Shown here one piece after another: positions 10,922-20,842 of a stretch of DNA of 64,000 nucleotides. The stretch's first letter is position 1, and each line of letters begins with the position of its first letter. The notes below the pieces were generated by a model. It was given only the letters and a program-made list of their open reading frames with translations, ran no database searches and was not told the DNA's origin. Source of the stretch: Alphaproteobacteria bacterium (GTDB lineage Bacteria; Pseudomonadota; Alphaproteobacteria; SHVV01); contig OZ253470.1 in the NCBI GenBank assembly GCA_965261735.1, positions 480,001 through 544,000 on the forward strand, in the 5' to 3' direction. The translations under genes and the position numbers were made by a program.

Positions 10922-11209
10922 TCACTCCACGACCGTGGGGACGACGAAAAAACCGCCCGACGCGTCCGGCGCGTTGGCCAGCACCTCCTCCTGGCGCTCC
11001 CCGTCCGTCACCACGTCGGCGCGGCGGCGCAAAGTGGTGGCGACGGCGCTCGTCATCGGCGGCACCTGGTCGGTATCGACCTCTTCGAGTTGCCCGATCC
11101 AGGTCAGGATGTTGTCGAGCTCGCCGGCGAGGGGCTCGAGGTCGGCGTCGGCGACGGCAATACGAGCGAGCTGCGCGATATGGCGTACGGTGGCTTTATC
11201 GACCGACAT
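10922..11209 (-). CDS. gatC: Asp/Glu-tRNA amidotransferase subunit C
   Basis: [17 protein letters not shown]...VLANAP...FFVVP. Confidence 0.93.
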   Translation of the reverse strand: MSVDKATVRHIAQLARIAVADADLEPLAGELDNILTWIGQLEEVDTDQVPPMTSAVATTLRRRADVVTDGERQEEVLANAPDASGGFFVVPTVVE

Positions 11210-11309
11210 GTGCCACGTTTCGAGCGCCGGATCGAGACAACCCGAACGGCCCAAACCCCTTGATAAAGTGCGACTCTGCGGAAGAATCGCGCGGAACCTA
11301 GCACCCGTC

Positions 11310-11804
11310 ATGACGCTCCGCAAGCCTGCCGAACTGGCCGCATCGCTTGAGCCCGGAGAGCGCCTGATGGGCCTCGATGTCGGGTCCAAAACCATTGGCA
11401 TCGCGCTCTCGGACCCGCGCCTCGTCATCGCCAGCGCGCGCGCGACGATCAGGCGCGGCCGCTTCCGCGACGATGCCCACGCGCTGTTCGAGATGATCGA
11501 GGCCGAAGGCGTGGGCGGCCTGGTTATCGGCCTCCCCATCAACATGGACGGCGGCGAAGGGCCACGGTGCCAGTCGGTGCGCCAATTCGCGGCCAATCTG
11601 ATGGAGTTGCGCGACCAGCCGATCGCGTTCTGGGACGAGCGCCTGTCGACGGTGGCGGCCGAGCGCGCGCTCATCGAGGCCGACGTCTCGCGCCGCCGGC
11701 GCGCCCGCCTGATCGACAAGGTGGCGGCCGCGGTCATCCTCCAGGGCGCGCTCGACTTCCTCGCCGGCCGGAGGGAACCTGGGGGCAGCGCCGAACGGCA
11801 CTAG
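11310..11804 (+). CDS. ruvX: YqgF/RuvX pre-16S rRNA nuclease
   Basis: [38 protein letters not shown]. Confidence 0.92.
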   Translation: MTLRKPAELAASLEPGERLMGLDVGSKTIGIALSDPRLVIASARATIRRGRFRDDAHALFEMIEAEGVGGLVIGLPINMDGGEGPRCQSVRQFAANLMELRDQPIAFWDERLSTVAAERALIEADVSRRRRARLIDKVAAAVILQGALDFLAGRREPGGSAERH

Positions 11805-13084
11805 CAGGCTGCTGAAAAAGTCATCATTGCCGGGCCTTGAACTCGGATTCATCGCCGAAATGAAATGAGATTTCGTGTCTTAGGGTGAAACCGTCTTCAA
11901 TCTCGACCGATCCGATGCCCTGGGCTTCGTCCAGTTCGATGATCTGCCACTTTGCGGTCAGCGGCGTGCCGGCATCGCCCATCATGTTGGCGCCTCCGCC
12001 AGCAGTCTGGGTAGTCGGACGAGGTTGTAGGCGGCCAAGGCCAGGGTGAACGAAGCGTCGACCCGGTGGCGGCCCCGGAATTTGGTCTTGCTCAATCCCG
12101 CGCTCGTCTTGACCCAGCCGAAGACCTCCTCGATGCGCTTGCGGCAACGTTGGCTGACGCCGTAACCGGGATGGCGCGTCGTGCGCCCGTCTATCTTGGT
12201 CTTGCGCCGCTTGCCGGTCTTGGTGACGTGGTCCTGGACGGCGATATGGGGGGTCACCTTGCGGTGCCGCAGTTCCTCGACAAAATCCGCGACGTCAAAA
12301 CCCTTGTCCCCGCCCACCGTGATCCGACGCCGCCCGCCTCTACTCTCCACCGGGCGATGCCTGTCGATCAGATCAAGGGCGGCTTCGCGTTCCGCCGTGC
12401 CCGACGCAATGGTCACGCCGCCGCCGACTGCCAGACCATGGCGGTTCTCCGTCAGCGCATGGCCCATGTAACACAGCTTGCTTTCCCGGCCATTACCCTT
12501 GCGATAAAGCCGGGCGTCCGGATCAGTGGTGCTTGCATGGGTCGCGTTCGAGCGTTTCTCGCCATGAAAATCCCGCGCGGCGTTGCGCCCCGATCCCCCG
12601 TCGCCATCGTCCTCACCTTTGGGACGAAAGCTCTTCATCGACGCCCAGGCCTCGATCAATGTTCCGTCTACCGAAAAATGATCCCGGCTCAATAGTCCCC
12701 CTACCTTGTGGTGCTGGATAACCCCCGCAAGCAGCTGCCCCGAAACCTCCGCCTCCAGAAGACGGTCCCGGTTGTGGCAGAACGCGCTGGCGTCCCACAC
12801 GCCATCGTCCAGCCCAAGCCCCACAAACCAGCAAAACAGCATGTTGAAGTTTAGCTGCTCCATCAGCTGACGCTCCGAGCGGATCGAATAAAACGCCTGC
12901 AACAGTAACGCTCGAAGAAGCTTCTCCGGCGGGATCGATGGGCGACCCATGTGGGAATAAAGCGTCTCGAACTCCGAAGATAGAGACCCCAATACGTCGT
13001 TCACGATCTCACGGATCAGACGCAGCGGATGATCATCCGGAACACGCTCTTCCAAGTCTACGTAGCTGAATAAATTGCCACTGC
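11805..13084 (-). mobile_element. IS5-family element, 5' end removed by adjacent IS1595
   Basis: Transposase 11982-13084 (LFSYVDLE, GRPSIPPEKL, FSVDGTLIEAWAS, RKRIEEVFGW) lacks its start; end CAGGCTGCTGAAAAAG follows CTAG at the ruvX stop. Confidence 0.85.
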
Positions 13085-14146
13085 CTTGCCTATCCGGTTT
13101 ACACCCACACCCACTAGGGCTAGAATGGGCGCAACCCGGATATAGGGGAGCGCGCCATGGATGTTCTCGACCGCGCCGATCTCCCATTCCGGCCTGCGCC
13201 GCCTACCTGGAGAAAGCCCGCTGGGGAGACGGCTTTGCCTGCCCGCACTGCGGCACGGCGGGAGAGCCGTTCCACTTTGAAAACCGCCCTGGCGTCCTGC
13301 GCTGCCGCAAGTGCCGCCAGAACACCGGGCTGACGGTGGGAACAGTGATGGAGCGTAGCCACACTCCGCTGAACGTCTGGTTCTGGGCCGCTTATCTGGT
13401 CGCCAGTCAGACGCCCGGCATGTCCGCCGTGCAGTTTCAGCGGCAACTTGGTCTTTCGCGCTACGAGACGGCCTTTCAAATTCTCCACAAGCTCCGCTCG
13501 GGCATGGTGCGGCCCAACCAAGACAGGATCGGTGGACAGCCCAAGAACCATGTTGAGGTGGACGAAACCTGGGTTGGCGGGCGAACGCGTGGGGAAGGCC
13601 GTGGTGTTCACCACAAGGTTCCCGTCTCCTGTGCCATCGAGGTGCGTCATCGAAAGCCGGGCACCAAGCTCGACAACCGGAAAGACGGACGCTATGCCGG
13701 ACGCGTTCGGCTCGCCGTCGTGCTCGACCGTAGCGCCGAGTCGCTCTGTGGGTTCGTCGAGAGCACCGTCGCGCCGGGATCGCTGATCGTTACTGACGAT
13801 TGGAGCGGCTACGCTGGCCTCGGTAAGCGCGGCTATGAGCACTTCGCTGTTGCCGAGTGTGGTGATCCAGAGGTTGCCGAGCAATACCTGCCGATCATCC
13901 ATCTGGTTTTCGCCAACCTGAAGACGTGGCTGATCGGTATCCACCACGGCGTTAGCCACCAGCACCTACAAGCCTACCTCAACGAGTTCACCTTCCGCTT
14001 CAACAGGCGGTTCTACCCGTTCAACGCCTTCCGCTCATTGCTCGGCATCGCGGGCGACACCTCTGCTCCAACCTATGCCGAGCTTTACTCGGGAGAGTGG
14101 TGGCACCCTACATGTAGCGGTCATGGGCGTTAACCGGATAGGCAAG
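13085..14146 (+). mobile_element. IS1595-family element, copy 1 (43-bp frameshifting deletion)
   Basis: IRs CTTGCCTATCCGGTT / AACCGGATAGGCAAG; CPHCG zinc ribbon, VEVDET, TDDW, YLNEF; 1062 bp vs 1105 bp; no TSD. Confidence 0.92.
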
Positions 14147-14153
14147 CATTATT

Positions 14154-14902
14154 CTAGTGGATGGCGTGGCCGGCGACGTGACCGCCGTCGACGTTCAGGG
14201 TTGCGCCCGAAATGAAGCCGTTGTTGGCCAGCATCAGGGCGGCGTCGGCAACCTCATCAGGTTCACCGATGCGACCGAGGAGGTGGAGCCCGGCCAGGCT
14301 GTCCACATCCTCGATTCCGTTCCTGGCATGTATGGGGTGCGAATGATGCCCGGTGCGATCGTGTTGACGCGGATATTGTCGGGCCCGAATTCAGCGGCCA
14401 GTTGGCCGGCGAGCGCGTGAACCGCACCCTTGCTGGCGATGGCCGCCGAAACCGGCACGCCGGTAAGAGCGTGATCGACCAGCACCGTGCCGATGTTGAC
14501 GATGGCGCCGCCGCCGGCGGTCTTCATGTGGGGGATGACGGCCTGGCTCAAGAAATAGGGGCCTTTGAGATTAACGTCCAGGAAACGGTCCAGGTGGTCC
14601 TCGTCCACCTCCAGGAAGGGGCGCGGCTCGAACAAGCCAGCGTTGTTGACAAGAACGTCGATCCGCCCGAAACGGGCCACGGCGGCGTCGACCAGGCGTT
14701 CGCGGTCGGCGGCGACGGCGACGTCGCCTGCTAGCGCCAGTACCCGCTCCGGCTTGCCGATGGCGGCGCCGGCGGCATTCAGGCGGTTAACGTTCCGGCC
14801 GCTCAGGACCACATTGTATCCGTCGCGCGCGAAGGCCTCGGCGATGGCGCGGCCGAGGCCGCTACTGGCGCCGGTGATGATGGCTGTTTTCCTATCTGAC
14901 AT
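14154..14902 (-). pseudogene. Short-chain dehydrogenase/reductase, 1-bp frameshift near 14335
   Basis: TGASSGLG, NNAG, NTIAPG; C-terminus (GRIGEPDEVA...LNVDGG) continues in another frame. Confidence 0.8.
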
Positions 14903-15000
14903 GAGAAGCTCCTCCCTTCGGGTTGGCGGTTGCGAGTTGCTTGACCCAGACATAAGGAGGCTTGTATGTGTCGAGAATAGCTATAATGTTTAAAACACTC

Positions 15001-15015
15001 TTGCGCAATTCGCAA
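15001..15015. promoter_or_regulatory. Putative LysR-type binding site
   Basis: TTGCG-CAATT-CGCAA dyad containing T-N11-A, between divergent SDR and lysR genes. Confidence 0.55.
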
Positions 15016-15043
15016 AAATCTCTGCGCCAGGATGGTGGCTAAT

Positions 15044-15955
15044 ATGGATCGCCTGGAAACCATCGAACTGTTCGTGACGGTGGTGGAGACAGGCTCGTTC
15101 TCGGAGGCGGGCCGGCGTTTGGGTCACGCGCCCTCGGCCGTCTCGCGCCGTATTGACGACCTCGAACGCTGGATGGGGGCCAACCTGTTCTATCGCAGCA
15201 CCCGGCGTCTTTCGCTTACCGAGGTCGGCCGAGCGTTTCATGGCCGCAGCCGGCAGATCCTGCTGGATTTAGAGGAGGCGCGCGTGACTTCCGCGCAAAC
15301 AACGGACCATCCCACCGGCACCATTCGTATGACCACCTCGGCCAGTTTCAGCCCGTGCTTGATCGGCGCCATGCGCGACTTCGAGGCACGGTGGCCGGGG
15401 GTGAGCATCATCGCCAACATCACCGATCGACTGGTGGACCTGGTGGGCGAAGGTCAAGACTTGGCTATCCGCATTGGTCGGCTCGAGGATTCGCCCTTGC
15501 GCGCGCGGCTGCTCGGCCGCGCCGACAGACTGGTTTGCGCGAGCCCCGCTTACCTGAGGGCGCACGGCCTGCCCGAGACGCCGAGTGATCTCGCGGACTT
15601 GGAGTGCCTCACCTTCCGGTCCGCCCCTGGCCACAGCGTGTGGTGCTTTCGCGAGGGACGGCGGCGCACCGAAGTACGAGCCAGCGGGCGATTTTATTGC
15701 GATGACGGGCGGCTCCTGGTGCAGGCCGCGCGACAGGGGATGGGCATCGTGCTGGCGCCGCGCTGGCTCCTCGGCGCCGACCTCGCGACCGGCCAGCTCA
15801 TTTCCCTGCTGCCCGGCTTCGTGCCCGATCCTTCGGACACCCCGGTTCACGCGGTTCACGCCTACACGCGCTTTGTGCCCCCAAAGGTGTGCGCTTTCGT
15901 TGATTTCCTCGCCCAGCGTTTCCGAGACGAGCGCGAATGGGCAGGAATCGAGTGA
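15044..15955 (+). CDS. LysR-family regulator (CrgA-like)
   Basis: GSFSEAGRRLG..PSAVSRRI..LE, RSTRRLSLTE, VDLVGEG.DLAIRIG. Confidence 0.92.
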   Translation: MDRLETIELFVTVVETGSFSEAGRRLGHAPSAVSRRIDDLERWMGANLFYRSTRRLSLTEVGRAFHGRSRQILLDLEEARVTSAQTTDHPTGTIRMTTSASFSPCLIGAMRDFEARWPGVSIIANITDRLVDLVGEGQDLAIRIGRLEDSPLRARLLGRADRLVCASPAYLRAHGLPETPSDLADLECLTFRSAPGHSVWCFREGRRRTEVRASGRFYCDDGRLLVQAARQGMGIVLAPRWLLGADLATGQLISLLPGFVPDPSDTPVHAVHAYTRFVPPKVCAFVDFLAQRFRDEREWAGIE

Positions 15956-16449
15956 GCGCGGCACGCGGCAGGCAGCCAAGTGAGCGAAGGCGTGACCGAA
16001 AGCCCGGCGTCGTGGCGATCCCGCCGCTGATCTATCTTGCGGCCCTCGCGCTTGGGGTCGTCCTTGACACGGCTTGGCGCGCGGCGCTGCTGCCAGCCCC
16101 GGCGCAATACGCCCTCGGCTTCACCCTCATCGCCGCCGGCATGGCGATCGTGCCTTTCGTCCTCCCCCACTACCGCCGGGCCGGAACGCCGTTCGACGTG
16201 CGCAGGCCGGCCGGTGCGCTGGTGACGGTCGGCGCCCATCGTTTCTCGCGCAACCGAGGCTACCTGGCGATGACGCTCGCCTACGCGGGCATCGCCTTTG
16301 CTGCCGACAACTTCTGGATGCTGGTCCTGCTGCCCCCCTTGCTCCTGGTCATGCATTTCGGCGTGATCATGCGCGAGGAGCGCCACCTGGAGAGCCGCTT
16401 TGGCGACGACTTCCGGCGCTACAGGTCGCAGGTCCGGCGCTGGCTGTGA
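15952..16449 (+). CDS. Isoprenylcysteine carboxylmethyltransferase-family membrane protein
   Basis: PPLIY, LVT.G..RFSRN, REE.HL...FG..F..YR..VRRWL; GTG overlaps lysR stop. Confidence 0.8.
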   Translation: MSAARGRQPSERRRDRKPGVVAIPPLIYLAALALGVVLDTAWRAALLPAPAQYALGFTLIAAGMAIVPFVLPHYRRAGTPFDVRRPAGALVTVGAHRFSRNRGYLAMTLAYAGIAFAADNFWMLVLLPPLLLVMHFGVIMREERHLESRFGDDFRRYRSQVRRWL

Positions 16450-16494
16450 GGGTGCACCGCAACTGATCGCCAGGGCGCCGACGCTCTGGCCGCG

Positions 16495-16560
16495 GGTAGT
16501 GTCCTAGACACTACCTGGCCGCGCACGGCCTTGCGCGGCGCTCCCACGCGGGCGTATAGT
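16495..16560 (+). promoter_or_regulatory. Perfect 9-bp inverted repeat followed by putative pyrB promoter
   Basis: GGTAGTGTC-CTA-GACACTACC (16495-16515); TTGCGC-18-TATAGT (16531-16560). Confidence 0.4.
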
Positions 16561-16569
16561 CGCCCTTTA

Positions 16570-17562
16570 ATGACCGGCCCCGCGGCGATCGCCTTTCCTC
16601 ACCGCCACTTGCTTGGCATCGAGGGTCTGTCCCCCGACGAAATCACGCTCCTGCTCGACATCGCCGAGAGCTACGTCGAGCAGAACCGGCAGATCGACAA
16701 GAAGCAGTCGCTGCTGCGCGGGCGCACGCAGATCAACCTGTTCTTCGAATCCTCGACGCGCACCCGCACGTCCTTCGAGCTCGCCGGTAAGCGCCTTGGC
16801 GCCGACGTCATCAACATGTCGGTCGAGGGCTCGTCGATCAAGAAGGGCGAGACGCTGGTCGATACGGCGATGACGCTGAACGCCATGCACCCCGATGCCC
16901 TCGTGGTGCGCCATGGCGACTCGGGCGCCGTCGAGCTCCTGTCTCAGAAGGTCGACGGCGCCGTCATCAACGCCGGCGACGGCAGCCACGAGCACCCGAC
17001 CCAGGCGCTTCTGGATGCCCTCACCATTCGCCGCCGTAGGGGCCGCGTCGGCGGCCTCACCGTGGCCATTTGCGGCGACATCCTGCACAGCCGCGTGGCG
17101 CGCTCCAACATCCTACTCCTCAACACCCTGGGCGCGCGCACGCGGGTTGTGGCGCCGCCGACGCTACTGCCGGCGGCGATCGAGCGGCTCGGGGTCGAGG
17201 TCTACCACGACATGCGCGAGGGCCTGCGCGACTGCGACATCATCATGATGCTGCGGCTTCAGGCCGAGCGTATGCACGGCACGTTCGTGCCCTCGGTGCG
17301 CGAGTATTTCCGCTTCTGGGGCCTCGACAAGGACAAGCTCGCGGCGGCCAAGGACGATGCCCTGGTCATGCATCCCGGACCCATGAACCGCGGCGTCGAG
17401 ATCGATACGGAACTCGCGGACGACATCGACCGCAGCGTCATTCGCGAGCAGGTCGAGATGGGCGTTGCCGTGCGCATGGCATGTCTCGACGTGCTCACGC
17501 GCCCGCTCGCCAATCGCGGCGCCGAGCCCTCGGCCTTGCGCATCGGGGCGGGGGCGCCATGA
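16570..17562 (+). CDS. pyrB: Aspartate carbamoyltransferase catalytic subunit
   Basis: [36 protein letters not shown]. Confidence 0.96.
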   Translation: MTGPAAIAFPHRHLLGIEGLSPDEITLLLDIAESYVEQNRQIDKKQSLLRGRTQINLFFESSTRTRTSFELAGKRLGADVINMSVEGSSIKKGETLVDTAMTLNAMHPDALVVRHGDSGAVELLSQKVDGAVINAGDGSHEHPTQALLDALTIRRRRGRVGGLTVAICGDILHSRVARSNILLLNTLGARTRVVAPPTLLPAAIERLGVEVYHDMREGLRDCDIIMMLRLQAERMHGTFVPSVREYFRFWGLDKDKLAAAKDDALVMHPGPMNRGVEIDTELADDIDRSVIREQVEMGVAVRMACLDVLTRPLANRGAEPSALRIGAGAP

Positions 17563-18866
17563 GCGAAGGCAAGCGGCGAGCCTTTGTCAATGCACGGCTC
17601 CTCGACCCCTTGAGCGCGACCGATCAGCCGGGAGCGCTGTTGGTCGACGGTGATGTGATTGCCGACGTCGCCCACGACCTGTTCGCCGACGGGGTGCCCG
17701 AGGGCATCGAAGTGGTTGATTGCGCGGGCCACTGCCTGTGCCCCGGTCTCATCGACATGCGCGCGTTCCTCGGCGAGCCGGGCGCCGAGCACAAGGAAAC
17801 GCTCGCCACCGCCAGCCACGCCGCAGCGGCCGGCGGCATCACCACCCTCGTGGCGATGCCCGACACCGAGCCGGTGATCGACGACATCGCCCTGGTCGAA
17901 TATATCGGGCGCCGCGCACGCGACACCGCGATCATCAACATCCTCCCCATGGCCGCCGTGACCAAGGGCCTCAGGGGGGCGGAAATGACCGAGATCGGTA
18001 TGCTCGCCGAGGCCGGCGCGGTCGGGCTCACCGACGGGCAGCGCGCGGTCGCGGACCCCGCGCTGATGCGGCGCGCGCTCAGCTACGCCTCGCATTTCGG
18101 CCTCCTCATCATGCAGCATGCGGAGGACGAGCGCCTCGTCGGCGCGGGCTGCATGAACGAAGGCGAGGTCGCGACGCGCCTTGGTCTCCCCGGAATCCCG
18201 GCCGCCGCCGAGACCACCATGGTCGAGCGCGACATCCGGCTGGTTGAGCTTACCGGCGGCCGCTACCACGTCGCCAGCGTCTCCACCGCCGACGCCGTGG
18301 CGTCGATCGGCGCGGCCAAGGAGCGCGGCGCGGGGGTGAGTTGTGCCGCCGCACCCACCCACTTCGCGCTCAACGACACCGCCGTCGGCGACTACCGCAG
18401 CTTCGCCAAGACCTCGCCGCCGCTGCGCGGCGAAGAGGACCGGCGCGCGCTCGTCGAGGGTTTGAAGAACGGCACCATCGAGGTCATCGCCAGTAGCCAC
18501 ACGCCGCAGGATCAGGAGGAGAAGCGCCTGCCCTTCGCCCAGGCGGCATACGGCGTGGCCGGTCTCGAGACCTTGCTGCCGCTCGCGCTCGAGCTGTACC
18601 ACAACGCCCATTTGCCGCTGCTCGACGTGCTCCACACGATGACGGCGGCGCCCGCCGCTCTGCTCGGCCTCGACGTCGGTTGTCTACGGCGCGGCGCGCC
18701 GGCCGATCTCGTGGTGTTCGATCTCGACGCCCCGTGGCGCGTCGACGCCGATCGCTTCCGCAGCAAATCCAAGAACTCGCCCTTCGACGGCCGCCCGGTG
18801 CAAGGACGTGCCCTCACCACGGTGGTCGCCGGCGCCACGGTTTACGTGCTGGACGGAAGCGCGTGA
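17559..18866 (+). CDS. pyrC: Dihydroorotase-like protein, probably the inactive PyrC' type
   Basis: Amidohydrolase fold motifs, but DMRAF replaces DxHxH and SSHTP replaces (S/T)DHAP. Confidence 0.85.
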   Translation: MSEGKRRAFVNARLLDPLSATDQPGALLVDGDVIADVAHDLFADGVPEGIEVVDCAGHCLCPGLIDMRAFLGEPGAEHKETLATASHAAAAGGITTLVAMPDTEPVIDDIALVEYIGRRARDTAIINILPMAAVTKGLRGAEMTEIGMLAEAGAVGLTDGQRAVADPALMRRALSYASHFGLLIMQHAEDERLVGAGCMNEGEVATRLGLPGIPAAAETTMVERDIRLVELTGGRYHVASVSTADAVASIGAAKERGAGVSCAAAPTHFALNDTAVGDYRSFAKTSPPLRGEEDRRALVEGLKNGTIEVIASSHTPQDQEEKRLPFAQAAYGVAGLETLLPLALELYHNAHLPLLDVLHTMTAAPAALLGLDVGCLRRGAPADLVVFDLDAPWRVDADRFRSKSKNSPFDGRPVQGRALTTVVAGATVYVLDGSA

Positions 18867-18870
18867 ACGC

Positions 18871-19647
18871 ATGCCCGACCCGCTCGGAAATTTCTCCTAC
18901 GTCTGGCCCTTCTATGCCGCGGTCCTGATCGGTTATCTCGCCGGGTCGATCCCGTTCGCCCTGATCATCGGCTACCGCGCCGGGATCGGCGATCTGCGCA
19001 AGCGCGGCTCCGGCAACATCGGTGCTACCAACATGCTGCGCGAGGGCGGCCGGGTATTGGCATTGTTGACGCTAATCCTCGACGCCGCCAAGGGCGCGCT
19101 GCCGGCCCTCGTCGCCGGCACCTACTTGACGCAAGACTTCGCGGTCCTTGCCGGGGCCGGCGCCTTTCTCGGCCACCTCTTTCCGGTCTGGCTGAAGCGG
19201 CGCAGTGTGACCGAGCTCGCCTTCGCGGTGGCGGTGGTGCTGGCGCTCGTCTTCGCCTACACGCTGCTCGCGGGCACGACCAACCTTTACCTCAAGGCCC
19301 TCGGGTTGCCCCTCGCCATTGGCTGCGCCTTTCTGGCTTGGGGTGGCAAGGGGGTGGCGACCGGGCTCGGAGTCCTGCTGGCGATCTCGTGGCCGGTCGG
19401 CGTTCTCGCGCTCGCAACCTGGCTTGTCGTCGCGCTGCTCTTCCGTTTCGCCTCGGTCGCCGGCATCGCCGCGTTTGCCGCGGCGGTGGCCTATGCCTGG
19501 TGGCTCTCGGACCTCCAACGCACCGAGCTCGCGGGCTTTCTCGCGGTATTCGTTCTCGTGCGCCACTTCAGCAACGTTCGCGACCTGATTCGCGGCCGGG
19601 AGGCGCGCATCAGCGTCGGCGGCGGCGCTTCCAAGCCCGGCCCATGA
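18871..19647 (+). CDS. plsY: Glycerol-3-phosphate acyltransferase with internal hydrophobic insertion
   Basis: GYLAGSIPF, GSGNIGATN, DAAKG, GHLFPVW, GGKGVAT, RH.SN. Confidence 0.9.
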   Translation: MPDPLGNFSYVWPFYAAVLIGYLAGSIPFALIIGYRAGIGDLRKRGSGNIGATNMLREGGRVLALLTLILDAAKGALPALVAGTYLTQDFAVLAGAGAFLGHLFPVWLKRRSVTELAFAVAVVLALVFAYTLLAGTTNLYLKALGLPLAIGCAFLAWGGKGVATGLGVLLAISWPVGVLALATWLVVALLFRFASVAGIAAFAAAVAYAWWLSDLQRTELAGFLAVFVLVRHFSNVRDLIRGREARISVGGGASKPGP

Positions 19648-20771
19648 TCGATATCGCGACCCCGAAAGATGACGCCGAGCGGCTCGACTGGCTGCGCCTC
19701 ATACGGACCGAGAACGTCGGCCCGATCACCTTCCTCGAGTTGATGCGCCGCTTCGAGACGGCGGCCAAGGCCCTCGAGACGCTCCCCGAATTGGCGCGCC
19801 GCGGCGGCCGGCGCCGGCCCGTTCGCGTGTGCTCACGCGCCGAAGCCGAGCGCGAATTCGCGGCCACTCAGGCGGCCGGCGCGCACTATCTGGCCATCTC
19901 CGACCCCGGCTATCCAGCCCCGCTCTCCGCCATCGCCGACGCCCCACCGCTCATTGTCGTCAAGGGTTTCGCCCATCTGCTTGACAAACCTACCCTCGCG
20001 ATCGTCGGTGCCCGCAACGCCTCGGCGAACGGTGCGCGCCTGGCCCGCAGGCTCGCGACCGACCTCGGCGCGCGCGGCTGGATCATCGCTTCGGGGCTGG
20101 CGCGCGGCATCGATGGGGCGGCCCATGGCGGCGCAATGTCGACGGGCACGGTCGCCGTTCTCGCCGGCGGTATCGACGTGATCTATCCCAGGGAGAACGA
20201 GCGCCTTTATCATGAGATCGCCGAAGCCGGCGTGCTGATCTCGGAGATGGCGGCCGGCGCGCCGCCGCAGGCGCGTCATTTCCCGCGCCGCAACCGCCTG
20301 GTGTCGGGACTTGCGCGCGGCGTCGTCGTCGTCGAGGCGGCGCTGCGCTCGGGCTCCCTGATCACGGCCCGCTTGGCGGCCGAGCAAGGGCGCGAGGTGT
20401 TTGCGGTTCCCGGATCCCCACTCGACCCGCGGGCGCGGGGCACCAACAATCTCATCCGTGACGGCGCCGTCCTGACCGAGGGCGCCGACGATGTCATCGC
20501 GGCACTCGAGCGTACCTTGGCGCCGCCGCTGACGGAGCCGCCGGAGCGCTATGTGGCTCCCCCCGGTGCCGCGCCGAGCGAGGCCGACCTCGATCGCGGG
20601 CGAGCCACCATCCACACCCTGCTCGCGCCGGCGCCGGTCGGGGTCGACGAGCTCGTGCGCCAGTCGGATTTGACACCGGCAGTGGTTTTGACCATTTTGC
20701 TGGAGCTTGAGCTCGCGGGTCGCCTGCAGCGCCATCCCGGAAACCAAGTTTCCCTGACCGATAGCGACTGA
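19644..20771 (+). CDS. dprA: DNA processing protein
   Basis: AIVGARNAS, SGLARGIDG, FPRRNRLVSG, VVEAA.RSGSLITA. Confidence 0.95.
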   Translation: MIDIATPKDDAERLDWLRLIRTENVGPITFLELMRRFETAAKALETLPELARRGGRRRPVRVCSRAEAEREFAATQAAGAHYLAISDPGYPAPLSAIADAPPLIVVKGFAHLLDKPTLAIVGARNASANGARLARRLATDLGARGWIIASGLARGIDGAAHGGAMSTGTVAVLAGGIDVIYPRENERLYHEIAEAGVLISEMAAGAPPQARHFPRRNRLVSGLARGVVVVEAALRSGSLITARLAAEQGREVFAVPGSPLDPRARGTNNLIRDGAVLTEGADDVIAALERTLAPPLTEPPERYVAPPGAAPSEADLDRGRATIHTLLAPAPVGVDELVRQSDLTPAVVLTILLELELAGRLQRHPGNQVSLTDSD

Positions 20772-20842
20772 TCGATTGGCCGCCGCGAGGCAGGCGCGAG
20801 CGAGCCAAGTGCGTAGATCCTGTTAGGTATATAGATTCTGTC

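Noticed and set aside
6347-11804. Long N-terminal extensions in the ORF track (GST 412 aa, GatB 698 aa, GatC 271 aa, RuvX 289 aa)
   Set aside because: They overlap neighbouring real genes; internal starts give family-typical lengths.
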